Positions 52,469 to 64,000 of a stretch of DNA of 64,000 bases are shown one piece after another; within the stretch, counting starts at the first letter, position 1, and every line of letters starts with the position of its first letter. A program made the translations under genes and the position numbers. Origin of the DNA: Octopus sinensis (taxonomy: Eukaryota). The stretch is from NCBI RefSeq assembly GCF_006345805.1, contig NC_043003.1:85994001-86058000 (forward strand), given 5' to 3'. The notes under the pieces are model-generated. The model saw nothing but the letters and a program-made list of their open reading frames with translations. It was not told the origin of the DNA and did not search any database.

Positions 52469-54917
52469 CTGAAAAAGAAAAGTAAATTTTTTCTTAAAAA
52501 AAATAAGCTCATCCTTTGCATGTATCATACTGACGGTTAAAACATGGGATGTTAGAAGACCTACAAAATCAATTTTGTTGCATAGTATTTGAAATAAACA
52601 GTTTCGAAAACAAAGCGCAAGCAGGCTCTGAACTTGAATCATGAAACCTGAAAGACACAGGTAAAAATACTTATAAAATAAAGTTCTTACCTATTTTTCG
52701 TTAAATTTTGATGCTATACAGAACAGAGAAAGGATATAAAAAAATCTTTGTTGGAATTTTAAACATATGATTAATTTAATCATTGTATCACATATCGAAT
52801 ATCTTAAAATATCACGGCATATGCTTAATGACGTATTTTCCTTCCAGAAAGATTTGACATATCAAAGAAACGCATGCATTGAATAGAAATTGTGAAGTTC
52901 GTTTGAAAGGGATTACTTTTATAGGTAAATTAGAGAGGGATTCATACCACCCAGAGAGATCACGGAGACATTTATGCGCAAAATTGATTTTATTTCATTA
53001 CTTCTTACCTCTTAGTCAAAGCCCCTTTATACCCATCTGGCGACATTCACTAATACATTTCATGATCCATCTCAAATTCCCAATTACAATACACACACAC
53101 GCACACATACATACGTATATACATTCTATGAAACACATTGAATATGAAAACGAAAACATTAACTAGCTTTATCGTGATTTGCAATTAGGAATCACAAACC
53201 TTTGTGGTAAAGAAACTTTTCATTGAACCAGAATCGTGTATCGATTTTTCTCATGTTAGTAGTAGAAACCATTTTATCCGAAGCCATAAAAATATTTCAT
53301 GTAATCTACCGTGACTAATCCATCAACTCTAAGATTGCTAAATCAGCATAAAGGCTTTGAATATATTAAAGACTAGCACCTGTGTTAGGATAAGAGAAGT
53401 ACAAGAAAGTTTTAATTTTCCATTCAGTAAACACAAAAGAACGAATACTAATTTTTTTCTGTAATAAGGAGTGATAGTTCATTGCGAATATCGCGTAAGA
53501 TAACAATGTAGTATATAGAAAATATTTTACCACCACTAAAACAATTTAAAATACTTAGCATGTATTTCATTGTTTGAAATTAAGTTAGACCTTGTAATCG
53601 TAGTAGAATTCATTATAAACTGTTTAGTTTTGTCAAATTCTTAAAAATGGAAAAAATGTCATCAAAATGACTTTTCTCACTTCCTTATTTCATTTAAATT
53701 TTGCAATATCATTCTCATCAAAATGAATGAGAATCTAGTTTAAAGTTGTAGGTAGTATTATCTGATGAAATAGCTGATATCAAGGTGTTTGCTCTATTTC
53801 AGATAGAGTATCAAATTACTAGTTTATGTTCCACGAATTACTAGTTTATGTTCCAAAAGTTCCACGAATGAACAAAGTTTTTGGTGATCTAACGGTGATG
53901 CAATAATGAAAATCTCAAATGAATGCAATTTGCTAATATAGCAAACCTCGTAGAACGATAGAGCACCAACCACAGTTGAATTCATAGACTAGGTTTGATT
54001 TGCAGCTGCAAGAATTTCAAAATAATTTTTCTTACTAATGACATATAACTATTTCTTCTTCATCATAAACTTATGACATATGTGCAGGTAAAATGAATCA
54101 AGCGCTGTACACTAGTAGTTATAGGTTTTTCCACAATACTCCATAAGGCGCATAGGGCCGGCTTCCCAGGCGTATATATTCTTTCCTGGACGGAATGCTG
54201 ATTCATCGCTGGATAACTCGTTTTTACCAGCTGAATGGGGTGTTTTACTCAAGAACACAACGTATGGCCGGTCCAGGAATCGAAACCACAATCATGAGTT
54301 CAATACCGTAACCATTAAGCCGTATGCCTCCACAACTAATTGTAATAAGTATTCATAAAGTCTTCTTTATTTTTGTCCAAGTTAGTCTATAACTTCGACC
54401 CGAATTACTTGAAAATACTTTATTTATCGAACTCAAAATACAAGAAGTTGACTCAACATAAAGAGTCAGAAGAAATCTCAGTAGGCATTGTTGTCCGAAA
54501 CGCTAACGATTCTGAAAGCTCGCCAACTTATAAAGCTTTTTGATCAATAATAGAATTAATTTAGATATTGATACTATTAGATTTAGACAATATTTATATC
54601 GTTTTACCATAAAGAGACACAAAAAAGACAAAGTACGCTATAATACATTTCAGCAGCATTTTATGAAAACATTACATCACACAATAAGATAAATAAGTGG
54701 AATTAAATGCTTAAGAATAAAAGGCAATTATTAAATATTTAATACTAATTAAATAATATATGTTGAATTCAAATATGTTTATGATATATTGAGTTTGCAA
54801 TTTTTTACGAAACATTTTATAATTAAATCTGTTGTAGATGTTCAATTCTAGCTATGTCCATTCCATTATGTGTTCAGGCATAATGCATTCGAGACCACAT
54901 CATCCAATGAGTCCATA

Positions 54918-55320
54918 CTCTTTACTCTTTACTTGTTTCAGTCATTTGACTGCGGCCATGCTGGAGCACCGCCTTTAATTGAGCAACTCGGCCCTGGGAC
55001 TTATTCTTTTGTAAGCCCAGTACTTATTCTATCGGTCTCTTTTGTCGAACCGCTAAGTAACGGGGACATAAACACACCAGCATCGGTTGTCAAGCAATGC
55101 TAGAGGGACAAACACAGACACACAAACACACACACATACATATATATATATACATATATACGACAGGCTTCTTTCAGTTTCCGTCTACCAAATCCACTCA
55201 CAAGGCATTGGTCGGCCCGGGGCTATAGTAGAAAACACTTGCCCAAGATGCCACGCAGTGGGACTGAACCCGGAACCATGTGGTTGGTTAGCAAGCTACT
55301 TACCACACAGCCACTCCTGC
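54918..55320 (-). mobile_element. tRNA-derived SINE, family 3, with an internal (CA/TA)n
   Basis: Head ggagtggctgtgtggtaag...ggttcagtccc, body gggccgaccaatgccttgtgagtggatttggtagacggaaac, tail ccagcatggccgcagtc. Related copies at ~21245-21556(-), 22790-22950(+), 23048-23434(-), 43100-43270(+) and 51305-51690(+). Confidence 0.8.
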
Positions 55321-55444
55321 TGTGTTTTTTTTAAAGCCACTCCTGCTGTGTTTTTTTTTAAAGTTGTGATTTGAAAGGAGACTTGCCTGCTATTTCTAGT
55401 AGGAAAAGAGACCATGTAAAATCACTTTATTTTGATGAGACGTA

Positions 55445-56150
55445 AGGCGGTGAGCGGTAGGAACTATAAGCTTTCCAGACAACATGCAGGTATTAATGAG
55501 GTGTAAAGCTACGAGCTGGCAGAACCGTTAGCATACCGGACATGGCGGCATTTCATCCGGCTTTATGTTCAAAGTTCAAATTCCACCCAGGTCAACTTCC
55601 GTTTCTTCGTTTTAGGGTGGATGAAATAGGTACCTATCAAGTACTAGAGTCGATGTAATCGACTAAGCCCTTCGCAACGAATTTCAGGCCTTGAGCCTAT
55701 AGTAAGAAAGATTAATTTAACTAGGCAGCGAGCTTGGCAGAATCGTTAGCATGCCGGACAGAATAGTTAGTGGCATTTGTACTGGTTTTATGTTTTGAGA
55801 TCAAATTGTCCTGAGGCCAAATTTCTCTGGAAGCGATTTTCGGAGTAGATAAGATAAGTACCAGCCAAGTACTGGGGTCTATGTACTCGACTTCTCCGCT
55901 CCTGTCAAAAATTGTTCGCTCTTTGTCAAAATTTGAAACTATTTAATGAAGCATAAGGCGACAAGATAAGAGAATCCTTAGCTTGTCGGATAAACTGCTT
56001 AGGGACATTTCTCCCGGCTTTGCTTACTGAGTTCAAATTTTGTCGAAGTCAACTTTGCCTTTCATCTCTTTCGCGGTTCATTAAACAAGTACCAGTTGAG
56101 CGCTGGGATTGATGTAATGAGTAGCTTCCTTCCCAACAAATTTCAGTTCT
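55445..56150 (+). mobile_element. Three adjacent diverged SINE family 1 copies
   Basis: Heads at ~55510, ~55723 and ~55955, each followed by the central domain. Confidence 0.75.
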
Positions 56151-57094
56151 ACATTCAGTAAATCACTTCGAGATCTACTCATTTCTTTTACCTGTTCTGT
56201 GGGTAATTTTCCGTCACATTCGATGATGAGCATTTAGCTACTCAACAACTGAAATCTTAATCACGAAAGTAACAAGTGGTTGAGTATTCCTTTGACATGC
56301 TTAGACTTTAACATGCGTATAATCCTGATTGAATCAGTGTGGCACAATGTGAAAAGGCTGGGCTTTTGAATTACAGATACGATGTCGAAAGATATAGAGA
56401 TAGAAGAGAAAAAAAGAGAGGGAGAGAGAAGGAGGGAAAGAGAGAGAGAGACAAAAAGAAAGAGTGGAAGAGAGAGAAGAAGAGAGAGACAACAAAGAGA
56501 TAAAGAGAGAAAGAAAGAGGGGGGAAGGAGAGAGAGAGACAAAGAGAAAAAGAGAGAGAGAGGATGGGGCAAGAAACGATACCAGCAATAAGCTGATAAT
56601 ATTACCGATCTAATATTACTGATCTAATGGATAAAAGGTTAATATCTAATGGATAAAATGCTAATCTTACCGATTTAATGGATAAAAGGTAAAACTCTCC
56701 TCGGTGAAATGTTCATTCGGTGCGCAAAGTCAGAAAGAACAAGAGATTCTTATGATTCTAATCGCAGTCTTTCTTTAAGATAATTAATTTCTAGTTGATG
56801 TATCCCTATTAAAAATACTTACTTGAAGAAACTACTTCAACTAATTCATTAGTGTAATGGATCTCGGTCGGTTTCGACAATGAATATGCAGCTATTCAAC
56901 CAGCTCAATTAGCTACTTGTTGAATTAGCATTATAAGTCACTAAGTATTTCATTGATACTTTCATTCTCAAAGTGAATGAGCTGACGCGAACTTCACTCG
57001 ACTCCGAATTCTGAACGTATTCGGATCGTCACTATGTACACTTTACTCGGACCAGTCTATCTTTCGCAAGGGGGCGTCGTAACTCTCATCACAA

Positions 57095-57141
<47 letters not shown>

Positions 57142-57671
57142 TATACACACGAGTAAGTGGACAAATGAAAGACGGGCACTCAATTTATTGGGAGTTACAT
57201 GTATGGATCAAAACAGTTTGATTCAAATTCATTGGTACTCTCTATATGTATATATAAATATACATTTACACACACAAACACACACACACACATACACACA
57301 CACACACACATATATAATTGATATTGTTCTTCAAACAGCAAAATACTGTTACCTGTTTTGAAATAACATTATATCATTTTAGCATTGCTTGCATTAATTG
57401 CCGTAAACATATCCAAATTTAAAACTTCTGTTCTAATTTTGAGCATTTCCGATTTATTGTTTATTTTGCTTTCTTGCAGTATTTTAAGTTACCATTTAAT
57501 GTTATGTCGCCAAGTGACAAATCTAAATCATGTGTGTCTAAAATAATTTCATTCAATACTTAGTTTGTTCTGAATGATTCGTCGAACTCTTGTTTCAATA
57601 TTATATAACATAAACTAGTAAATTGATACTCTATTTATCTAACCGATGATAGGAATCTTTGAACAACTTAC

Positions 57672-57737
57672 AATATTCTTAGTTCTCCGCATCCTGTAAG
57701 ATTTGGCATCTGAGTAAGTTTATTGGAATGAACATCA
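57672..57737 (-). CDS. Internal coding exon B (66 bp, phase 2-2) of the same LGR gene
   Basis: Acceptor ttttgttttacag, donor gtaagt. Encodes DVHSNKLTQMPNLTGCGELRIL, a short 22-aa LRR in register with the 'N.L..(I/L)P.(L/F)S.C..L..(L/I)' repeat of Rickets/LGR4-6 (recalled). In frame with both neighbouring exons. Confidence 0.9.
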
Positions 57738-57826
57738 CTGTAAAACAAAATATGAAACATTGTAGAAAAGTACAAATTTCATTGAACAAACTCAAAAGTT
57801 TAGAGGTAATAATAATAGTAATGATG

Positions 57827-57865
<39 letters not shown>

Positions 57866-57873
57866 TAATAATC

Positions 57874-57909
<36 letters not shown>

Positions 57910-57920
57910 TAATAATAATA

Positions 57921-57974
<54 letters not shown>

Positions 57975-58062
57975 TTTCAAAAAGGATTGACATAACTTTT
58001 CACAAAGGTATACCGTCAGGACGATTGTATACGATTGTAATAGATATTTTATTGGTTGAACG

Positions 58063-58705
58063 ATATTTCAACAGTAAGTTCAAAAGAAGGGATAAAATTC
58101 AAAATTGTAGAAATTTAAATGTAAAGTATGAACGAGAGCAACCAGCGTCCACAGTTGATGGAATGACACCATCAATCTTTAAGTTTAAATCCATTGGCCC
58201 AGGATTGGGTTCAACATGGGGGTATAACATAATTAACAGGGCTGATTTTCTTTAGACACCTGGCTGCTTTGGTAACTTCCAGAATTTCTATATGATCCAA
58301 TTCTTATTCGGTGAAGCATAAAATGAATCATCTCAATCTTGATTTTGATATTTTATAAAGGATTGAAGTAACTCTTCACAAAAGTAAACAGTCAAGACGA
58401 AGAGCACGATTCGATTGCAATAGATATTTTATTAGTTGAACGACATTTTAACAGTAAATCTGTCTTTGTCAAAATCAAAGTAAAAAGTGATAAATATTCA
58501 AAATCATAGAAATGTAATTGTTAAGTATGAACGCGAGCCACTTTAAATCCTGGGCCAATGGACTTAAACTTAAAGACTGATGATGTCATTCCCTCAACGT
58601 GTGGACGCTGGTTGCTCTCGTTCATACTTTACATTTGAATTTCTGAAAGTTTGAATTTTTATCACTTCGTATTTTGAACTTGACAAAGATAGACTTACTG
58701 TTGAA

Positions 58706-58709
<4 letters not shown>
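58063..58709. repeat. Imperfect inverted repeat (58063-58206 vs 58546-58709) with an internal direct partial copy (~58405-58540)
   Basis: gagagcaaccagcgtccac / gtggacgctggttgctctc and surrounding sequence are reverse complements; (AAT)n tracts lie nearby on both sides. Confidence 0.8.
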
Positions 58710-58767
<58 letters not shown>

Positions 58768-59160
58768 TAATGATAATAATAATATGGCAGTGTTTTTAGC
58801 GCATCGGACAAAATTATTCGCAGTAATTGCTATGTTCCTCTGCAAACTGAGTTGAGATCCGGCTGAGGTCAACTTCATCTTTCGTCCTTCGAGGGTCGAT
58901 CAATTAAAAAAACAATGAAATACGTACGATTACTGTTATTTGATGTATGATCATCTTCCCCTTGTGTTGGAAATCAACATTAATTTACACGAAATGTAGT
59001 GAATTAGATATAATTAAATAACCGTTGTTTGCAGATTTGTTCGGATAACTACATAAAAGTGCCGACCAACTAAATTATCGCAAATTATACAGAGCTTCAA
59101 CTCGTTTCCATGGTGAAAAATATATTGTATTGAACCTATCTACAATTAGGTGAACTGAGC

Positions 59161-59224
<64 letters not shown>

Positions 59225-59404
59225 TATATACATACATAATTGTTTGTGATTAATCTATATTTTTGTTATTTTTCATTTGTCGTGCTCGCTTACGTTTCTG
59301 GTGTGCTAAATTTTCCGAGGAACAATTCTTAGTGGTTGAGACCATAGCGGATCTTCTTCTAGCATAAGGGTTTCCACATAGTGGTTAAGAAACTCCCTCA
59401 TATT

Positions 59405-59408
59405 TATG

Positions 59409-59440
<32 letters not shown>

Positions 59441-59467
59441 ATATATTATATATATATATATATATGC

Positions 59468-59513
<46 letters not shown>

Positions 59514-59890
59514 TATATATATGCATATATATATATACATATACATATGCATATATATATTATATATATATATATAATATATATATATATAATATATATA
59601 TATATATAATATATATATATATATACATATGCATATATGTATATATATACATAAACATATGCACATATGTATATATATATATACATATGCATATATATAT
59701 ATATATATATATACATATACATATGCATATATATATATATATACATATGCATATATGTATATATATATACATATACATATGCATATACATATATATACAT
59801 ATGCATATATATATTATATATATATATATATGCATATACACACATATATATACATACACATACACACACACACACACTCACACATATATA
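59405..59890. repeat. Long compound (AT)n/(AC)n microsatellite just inside the intron downstream of exon A
   Basis: Read directly from the sequence; produces six artefactual ORFs. Other large tracts: (AG)n 6740-6790, (AT)n 6955-7107, (AAT)n 57808-57975, (AC)n 48335-48412 and 60869-60940. Confidence 0.95.
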
Positions 59891-59980
59891 TTCCCATATT
59901 CTGTCCATATCAGCTATGAACCTAATATAAGAATTTATATTCTGTATTAAAAATGAAAAAAAGAGAAACAAACTACTTAC

Positions 59981-60121
59981 AGATATTGAAGTGTCGCTAC
60001 TTTCTGACATAAATCATCAGGTAGGGCTTCGATTGCAGCTCTATCAAATTGTATGATCGTTAATCTATGACTCCCCGTCAAATCCGGAAAAACTGTCTGT
60101 TGGTCAGCCTTTGAAATGACT
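59981..60121 (-). CDS. Internal coding exon A (141 bp, phase 2-2) of a type-B leucine-rich-repeat GPCR (Rickets/bursicon receptor or LGR4/5/6-like)
   Basis: Acceptor tttatttctgtatttccag, donor gtaagt. Translation [47 protein letters not shown] resembles the 'FPDLTGT..LESL' and 'LDRAGI..VP..LC' LRRs of LGR5 and Rickets as I recall them. Joins exon B in frame (CT|T = Leu). Not in the ORF track. Confidence 0.9.
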
Positions 60122-60867
60122 CTGGAAATACAGAAATAAATGTATTTATTGTGTTGTAATTTAATAATTTTTACGGAGTTTAAACATAGTTATTAGAACA
60201 GGTATGAGTAATCTTTTTCGAGAAATACGTCACATGAGACATCAATCATCATAATACGGGCTGCATTACAAAAAATTTCAATTGACGGTAATCTTTTCGT
60301 TAGGCGTGTCATTCAGAAAGTCCCGCAGGCCGTTATTTCCCACATATCTGGACTAGGACACTCTACATTCCCTTTAGTGGGGGGGGGTGGATTTGTAGTA
60401 TAGTTAGAGCTTTAGATAAAATGCTTGACTTTATTTAGAAAGGACAGTGGTAGTGATATCAATAAGACTTGGAAGTTGGACACGGCAAGAGTGGTATGAA
60501 AATGAGACACGATCAGACTGGGAGTGCCTGAGCAATTCAGTAGGAGCCTAGTTAGCTCCAAGGAGCAAAGATCATTATAGAAAAGACAGAAAAGGTACAG
60601 AGGGAGAGAGAGGGAAGAGTGAGACAAGGGACAGCTCGTTTGAGGGCTAGAGCCTGGAGCATATTTGTAAATGATGTATGCTAATCAGTTAGATGGTATC
60701 TTCTCTAGATACGGTCTACAATGTCTGTATATACAACACCTGCACTGTCCAAAAACTGAGCGTTTCTTTAATGACATAATAGCAACAAAGGCACATACAT
60801 TCAATATTGATGTCACACAAAGGAGTTGCAAAACAATATGAGGAATGTGCGATCACACACAAACCAC

Positions 60868-60954
<87 letters not shown>

Positions 60955-61714
60955 CTGTATGTGTGACAAACAAGAGCAGGAAATAAATAATACAGATTAA
61001 AAAGTTAGTAGAAGCAACAAATGCGAAAAACCCGTCCCTGTCGGAGTGAGAGACCACCACTTAAGAAAAACAATTCACGCCTACCATCACATTCCGCTTC
61101 GGTTGCGTAACGTAAACTGGTTTATTAGGGCTTGCTTGTGTTCAGTTTAAGATGTTGGTTTAATTTTAGTCATTTAGTCATTTAATCTTAGTCATTTAGG
61201 CGTTTTGTGTAATCGCCTCATTTTTCTCTTAATTAGTGAAATAGTCCTGATGACTCCCAACCCACCCTATAGTTCATTCAGCATTTGTATCAGTACTCAT
61301 TATTGATCCTGGTAACCGTGTAGTCCAGACAGTGTGGACGGAGAACTGCTTTTGCCTCGGGTAGCATGCTTGTAATCAGACAGGACGCATTCTTTTTATT
61401 TTGCTCCACTTTTGTTTTATTACAATCCTTAACCCCTTTGCTTCCTTCGTCTTACAATACAGTCTTCCCACATGCAGAAAACGGTGCGTCAGGGATGAAT
61501 GCAGGCAACTCTTTGGTTTCTCGGCACACTATCTCTTCAGTTCCTGGTGTTAGCAGAACTTAACTGAAATATGCTAAAAATATTATAAGTTAAGATTTCT
61601 TTGCTCACAAACCTTTTTCTTTTCAATACTAATTAATGTAATTCTTAAAAAAACATTTATTTAAATTCAGATTACAATCTATTACTCAGCCTTATGTTTC
61701 ATTTTCTTGTGCGT

Positions 61715-62570
61715 AGAATCCTTTATTGGTTCTCCTATCAAATCATTGAGTCTCTAATCTCTTGAATACATAGCTTCCCTTCAGTACGTATTATTGCAGC
61801 ATGTGTTGATGGAGTCTTCCTTCACCGTCTTCGTCTACATCAATTGACCTACTTGTCACCACATCTACAACAGCCATACATTTTAGACACCATACGCATC
61901 GATTTCACAAACGGAGACCTTGACAGCAGCATTCAGTGGGGGTCCCGCTTCTTGTTCACTCCAAATATTGAACTTCAGTATCCCCGAGGGTCTCTTCTGG
62001 CAAAATTACATCCTTAGCATAGCTAGAACCGCATCTAAAAGACTGATCCTTCTTTTCAAGGCCAGAAAAATTTCAATCTCCCATAGTTGCTGATACTCTA
62101 CAAGGCTCAAATGGGGTCTACAACTGCTTCCAGGACGGTGCTACTGCTGTGCATACTAATATCCTGGAAAACATATAGAAAACGAATATTGGACTTTCTG
62201 ATATAAAATCATTTAGTGACAGATTCCAGCCTCGTATTCACAGGTGTTCTGTTTCTTTGCTATCTTTTCAGTCACTGTTACAATGGCTTCCATTTTTCGG
62301 ATCTAGCTGATCTTGAACCTCCACCGTTCAAACAGCACCGACTCACTCGTCTTGCTACTTCTCGTTGCTCTTACTACTTCCACCACACTCTGGTCATACA
62401 CTGAGCACCATGCTCAGTCAATCTACTCTAGAACATCGTTGTTCTGGATTCTTTTACTGGCTAATGTCTTTCCTGCAAGCGTTGTTCCGCAACAGAATAT
62501 ATAGATTACTTCTACCGATCTTTGAAGCATCAATTTCACCGATTTTTGAAGGCACACAACAAAAGACAAG
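61715..62570 (+). mobile_element. Old degenerate LINE, RT C-terminal region (CR1/L2/Jockey group)
   Basis: Broken remnants IIAACVDG, VYIN-DLL, GDLDSSIQWG, SIARTASKRLILLFKARK and CYNGFHFSDLADLEPPP..RLTRLA. Confidence 0.65.
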
Positions 62571-64000
62571 AGCCCTGTAATTTCTTTCAAACTTAACAAA
62601 TAAAAAGCAAAATGCAAAATGAATTTTCTTAATTGTTTGATTTTTTAATTAATTTGAGATATTCAGCTCTGACAAAATCTGTGTCTAAAGCTATTCCTAA
62701 ACCTAATTTTACGGTGTTAATTTCATGATGATGTCTTTTGTTTTAACTTTGTGGGTCAAGTATACACATGACTTTTTCCGATGTTCTATTTTTCCTTCAA
62801 TTATCCCCAATCTAAGTGTGTAATACTATTCATTAGCAAACTGAGCTGAGGATGATGATAACCCTAACTATAGTAGCTATTAAATTTCGGTACGGTCGAT
62901 CCAACATTTATTTATCAATTTATTTATTTATATATTTATTGTTTATTTGTTTCCCTGTAAAATGTACACGATGATTTTGATGATAATAAAAACGTTGCTC
63001 ACCAAATTCTTACTTTCCTTTCAGCATTTTATTATTTGTATGTTAATTGTGTTCATGATTTAATGCTTCAATAGTTTTTACTCAAAAATGAAGATTACAA
63101 TGAAGATCACGTTAATGTTGCTGCTACTGCCGCCGCCGCTGCTGCTGCTACCGTTGCTACTACTACTTATTAGGCTCAAGGGCTGACAGTGATGCAACAA
63201 AATGCAATGCACATTGAACATCGAGAAATTTACAAAACACCAGAAGTTGGACAAACGACATTACATAAAGCGGAGGGAAGGGTGAGGACCTTATGTAATA
63301 GATAGCTTAAAAATTTAATAAGATATGAAATAAATCTCTAGGAACATAAGAGCCGAACTACTCTGTTCACAGGGCTGTCCGTCACACGCAATAAATTTAA
63401 GCAAGATGATTTTGAAGTATTTAATTTGCCTTTATCTTTAAGTCAGGAAATTACCAAGTGCGGGTGTCAGATCGGATGCCAGATTAAATCTACTGCTCCA
63501 CAAAGCCCTGGGCAGGATTTGAACTCAAATGGATAAGTGATGTTAGAAATATCATAGCGTATATGGTTAATCCTTCTTTGAGTTCTGTCAAACCATAGTC
63601 TTGGATTGTCATATTTTAGTAACTCCGCAAGAATGAAATCCAAGAAGTGGCCTCGGTGAGAATTTAACATAGGCTAGAGAATCGAAACAAATATTGTACA
63701 ACATTTCGTCTAACTCTGCCAATTCGCCACCTAGAAGCAAATTAGATAAAACTGAAACAATAGCGAATCCATTCAAGTTATTCATCGAATTCCCATATGC
63801 AATGTTCATTTTTATTAGGAAATTCAAGATGTCAAAAATATATTTTAAAGAAATTTTTCAAAATAACTATTTAAAATATTGTGCATATTCAATATCAAAT
63901 ATCTACATAATTATAAAAAATAATGAAAAAGATATATTTTTCTTATGTATAATGCCAAAAATATCTTAAGTGAGAATATGACAATTATAAACGAAAGATA

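Noticed and set aside
45575-53775. Other CTGATGA heptamers (e.g. ~45575, ~45882, ~53762)
   Set aside because: No stem II, GAAA or stem I context; chance matches.
63740-63810. Minus-strand frame IAYGNSMNNLNGFAIVSVLSNL as a candidate upstream LRR exon
   Set aside because: No suitable acceptor or donor and a poor LRR consensus.

Overview
AT-rich, microsatellite-dense animal genomic DNA. It is most likely octopus or another coleoid cephalopod, inferred from the tRNA-derived SINE families I recognise and from the (AAT)n/(AT)n/(AC)n load. There is no prokaryotic content and no CRISPR. Almost all ORFs in the supplied track are microsatellite or repeat artefacts. The window is mostly intronic. Four phase-2 exons on the minus strand (60121-59981, 57737-57672, 52468-52325, 14564-14493) splice in frame into consecutive leucine-rich repeats of a type-B LGR (Rickets/bursicon receptor, LGR4/5/6-like) GPCR, with a 37.8-kb intron. 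The introns hold a near-intact, 5'-truncated R4/Dong-like REL-endonuclease LINE inserted in (AAT)n, plus several fragments of related LINEs. They also hold a Gypsy LTR element lacking RT/RNaseH, non-autonomous Helitrons, many SINEs (some as fixed-junction concatemers) and a near-perfect palindrome with arms of at least 331 bp. The two most unusual observations are: (1) a small tRNA-headed, (AAT)n-containing element carrying a Penelope-type minimal hammerhead ribozyme, with Penelope-like inverted and tandem ends; (2) five copies of a ~557-bp non-coding, headless retroposon found almost always at (AAT)n tracts, with truncations all at one end. Together with the LINE these form a microsatellite-seeded nest of mobile elements. 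All alignments were done by eye; repeat boundaries are approximate unless stated otherwise.
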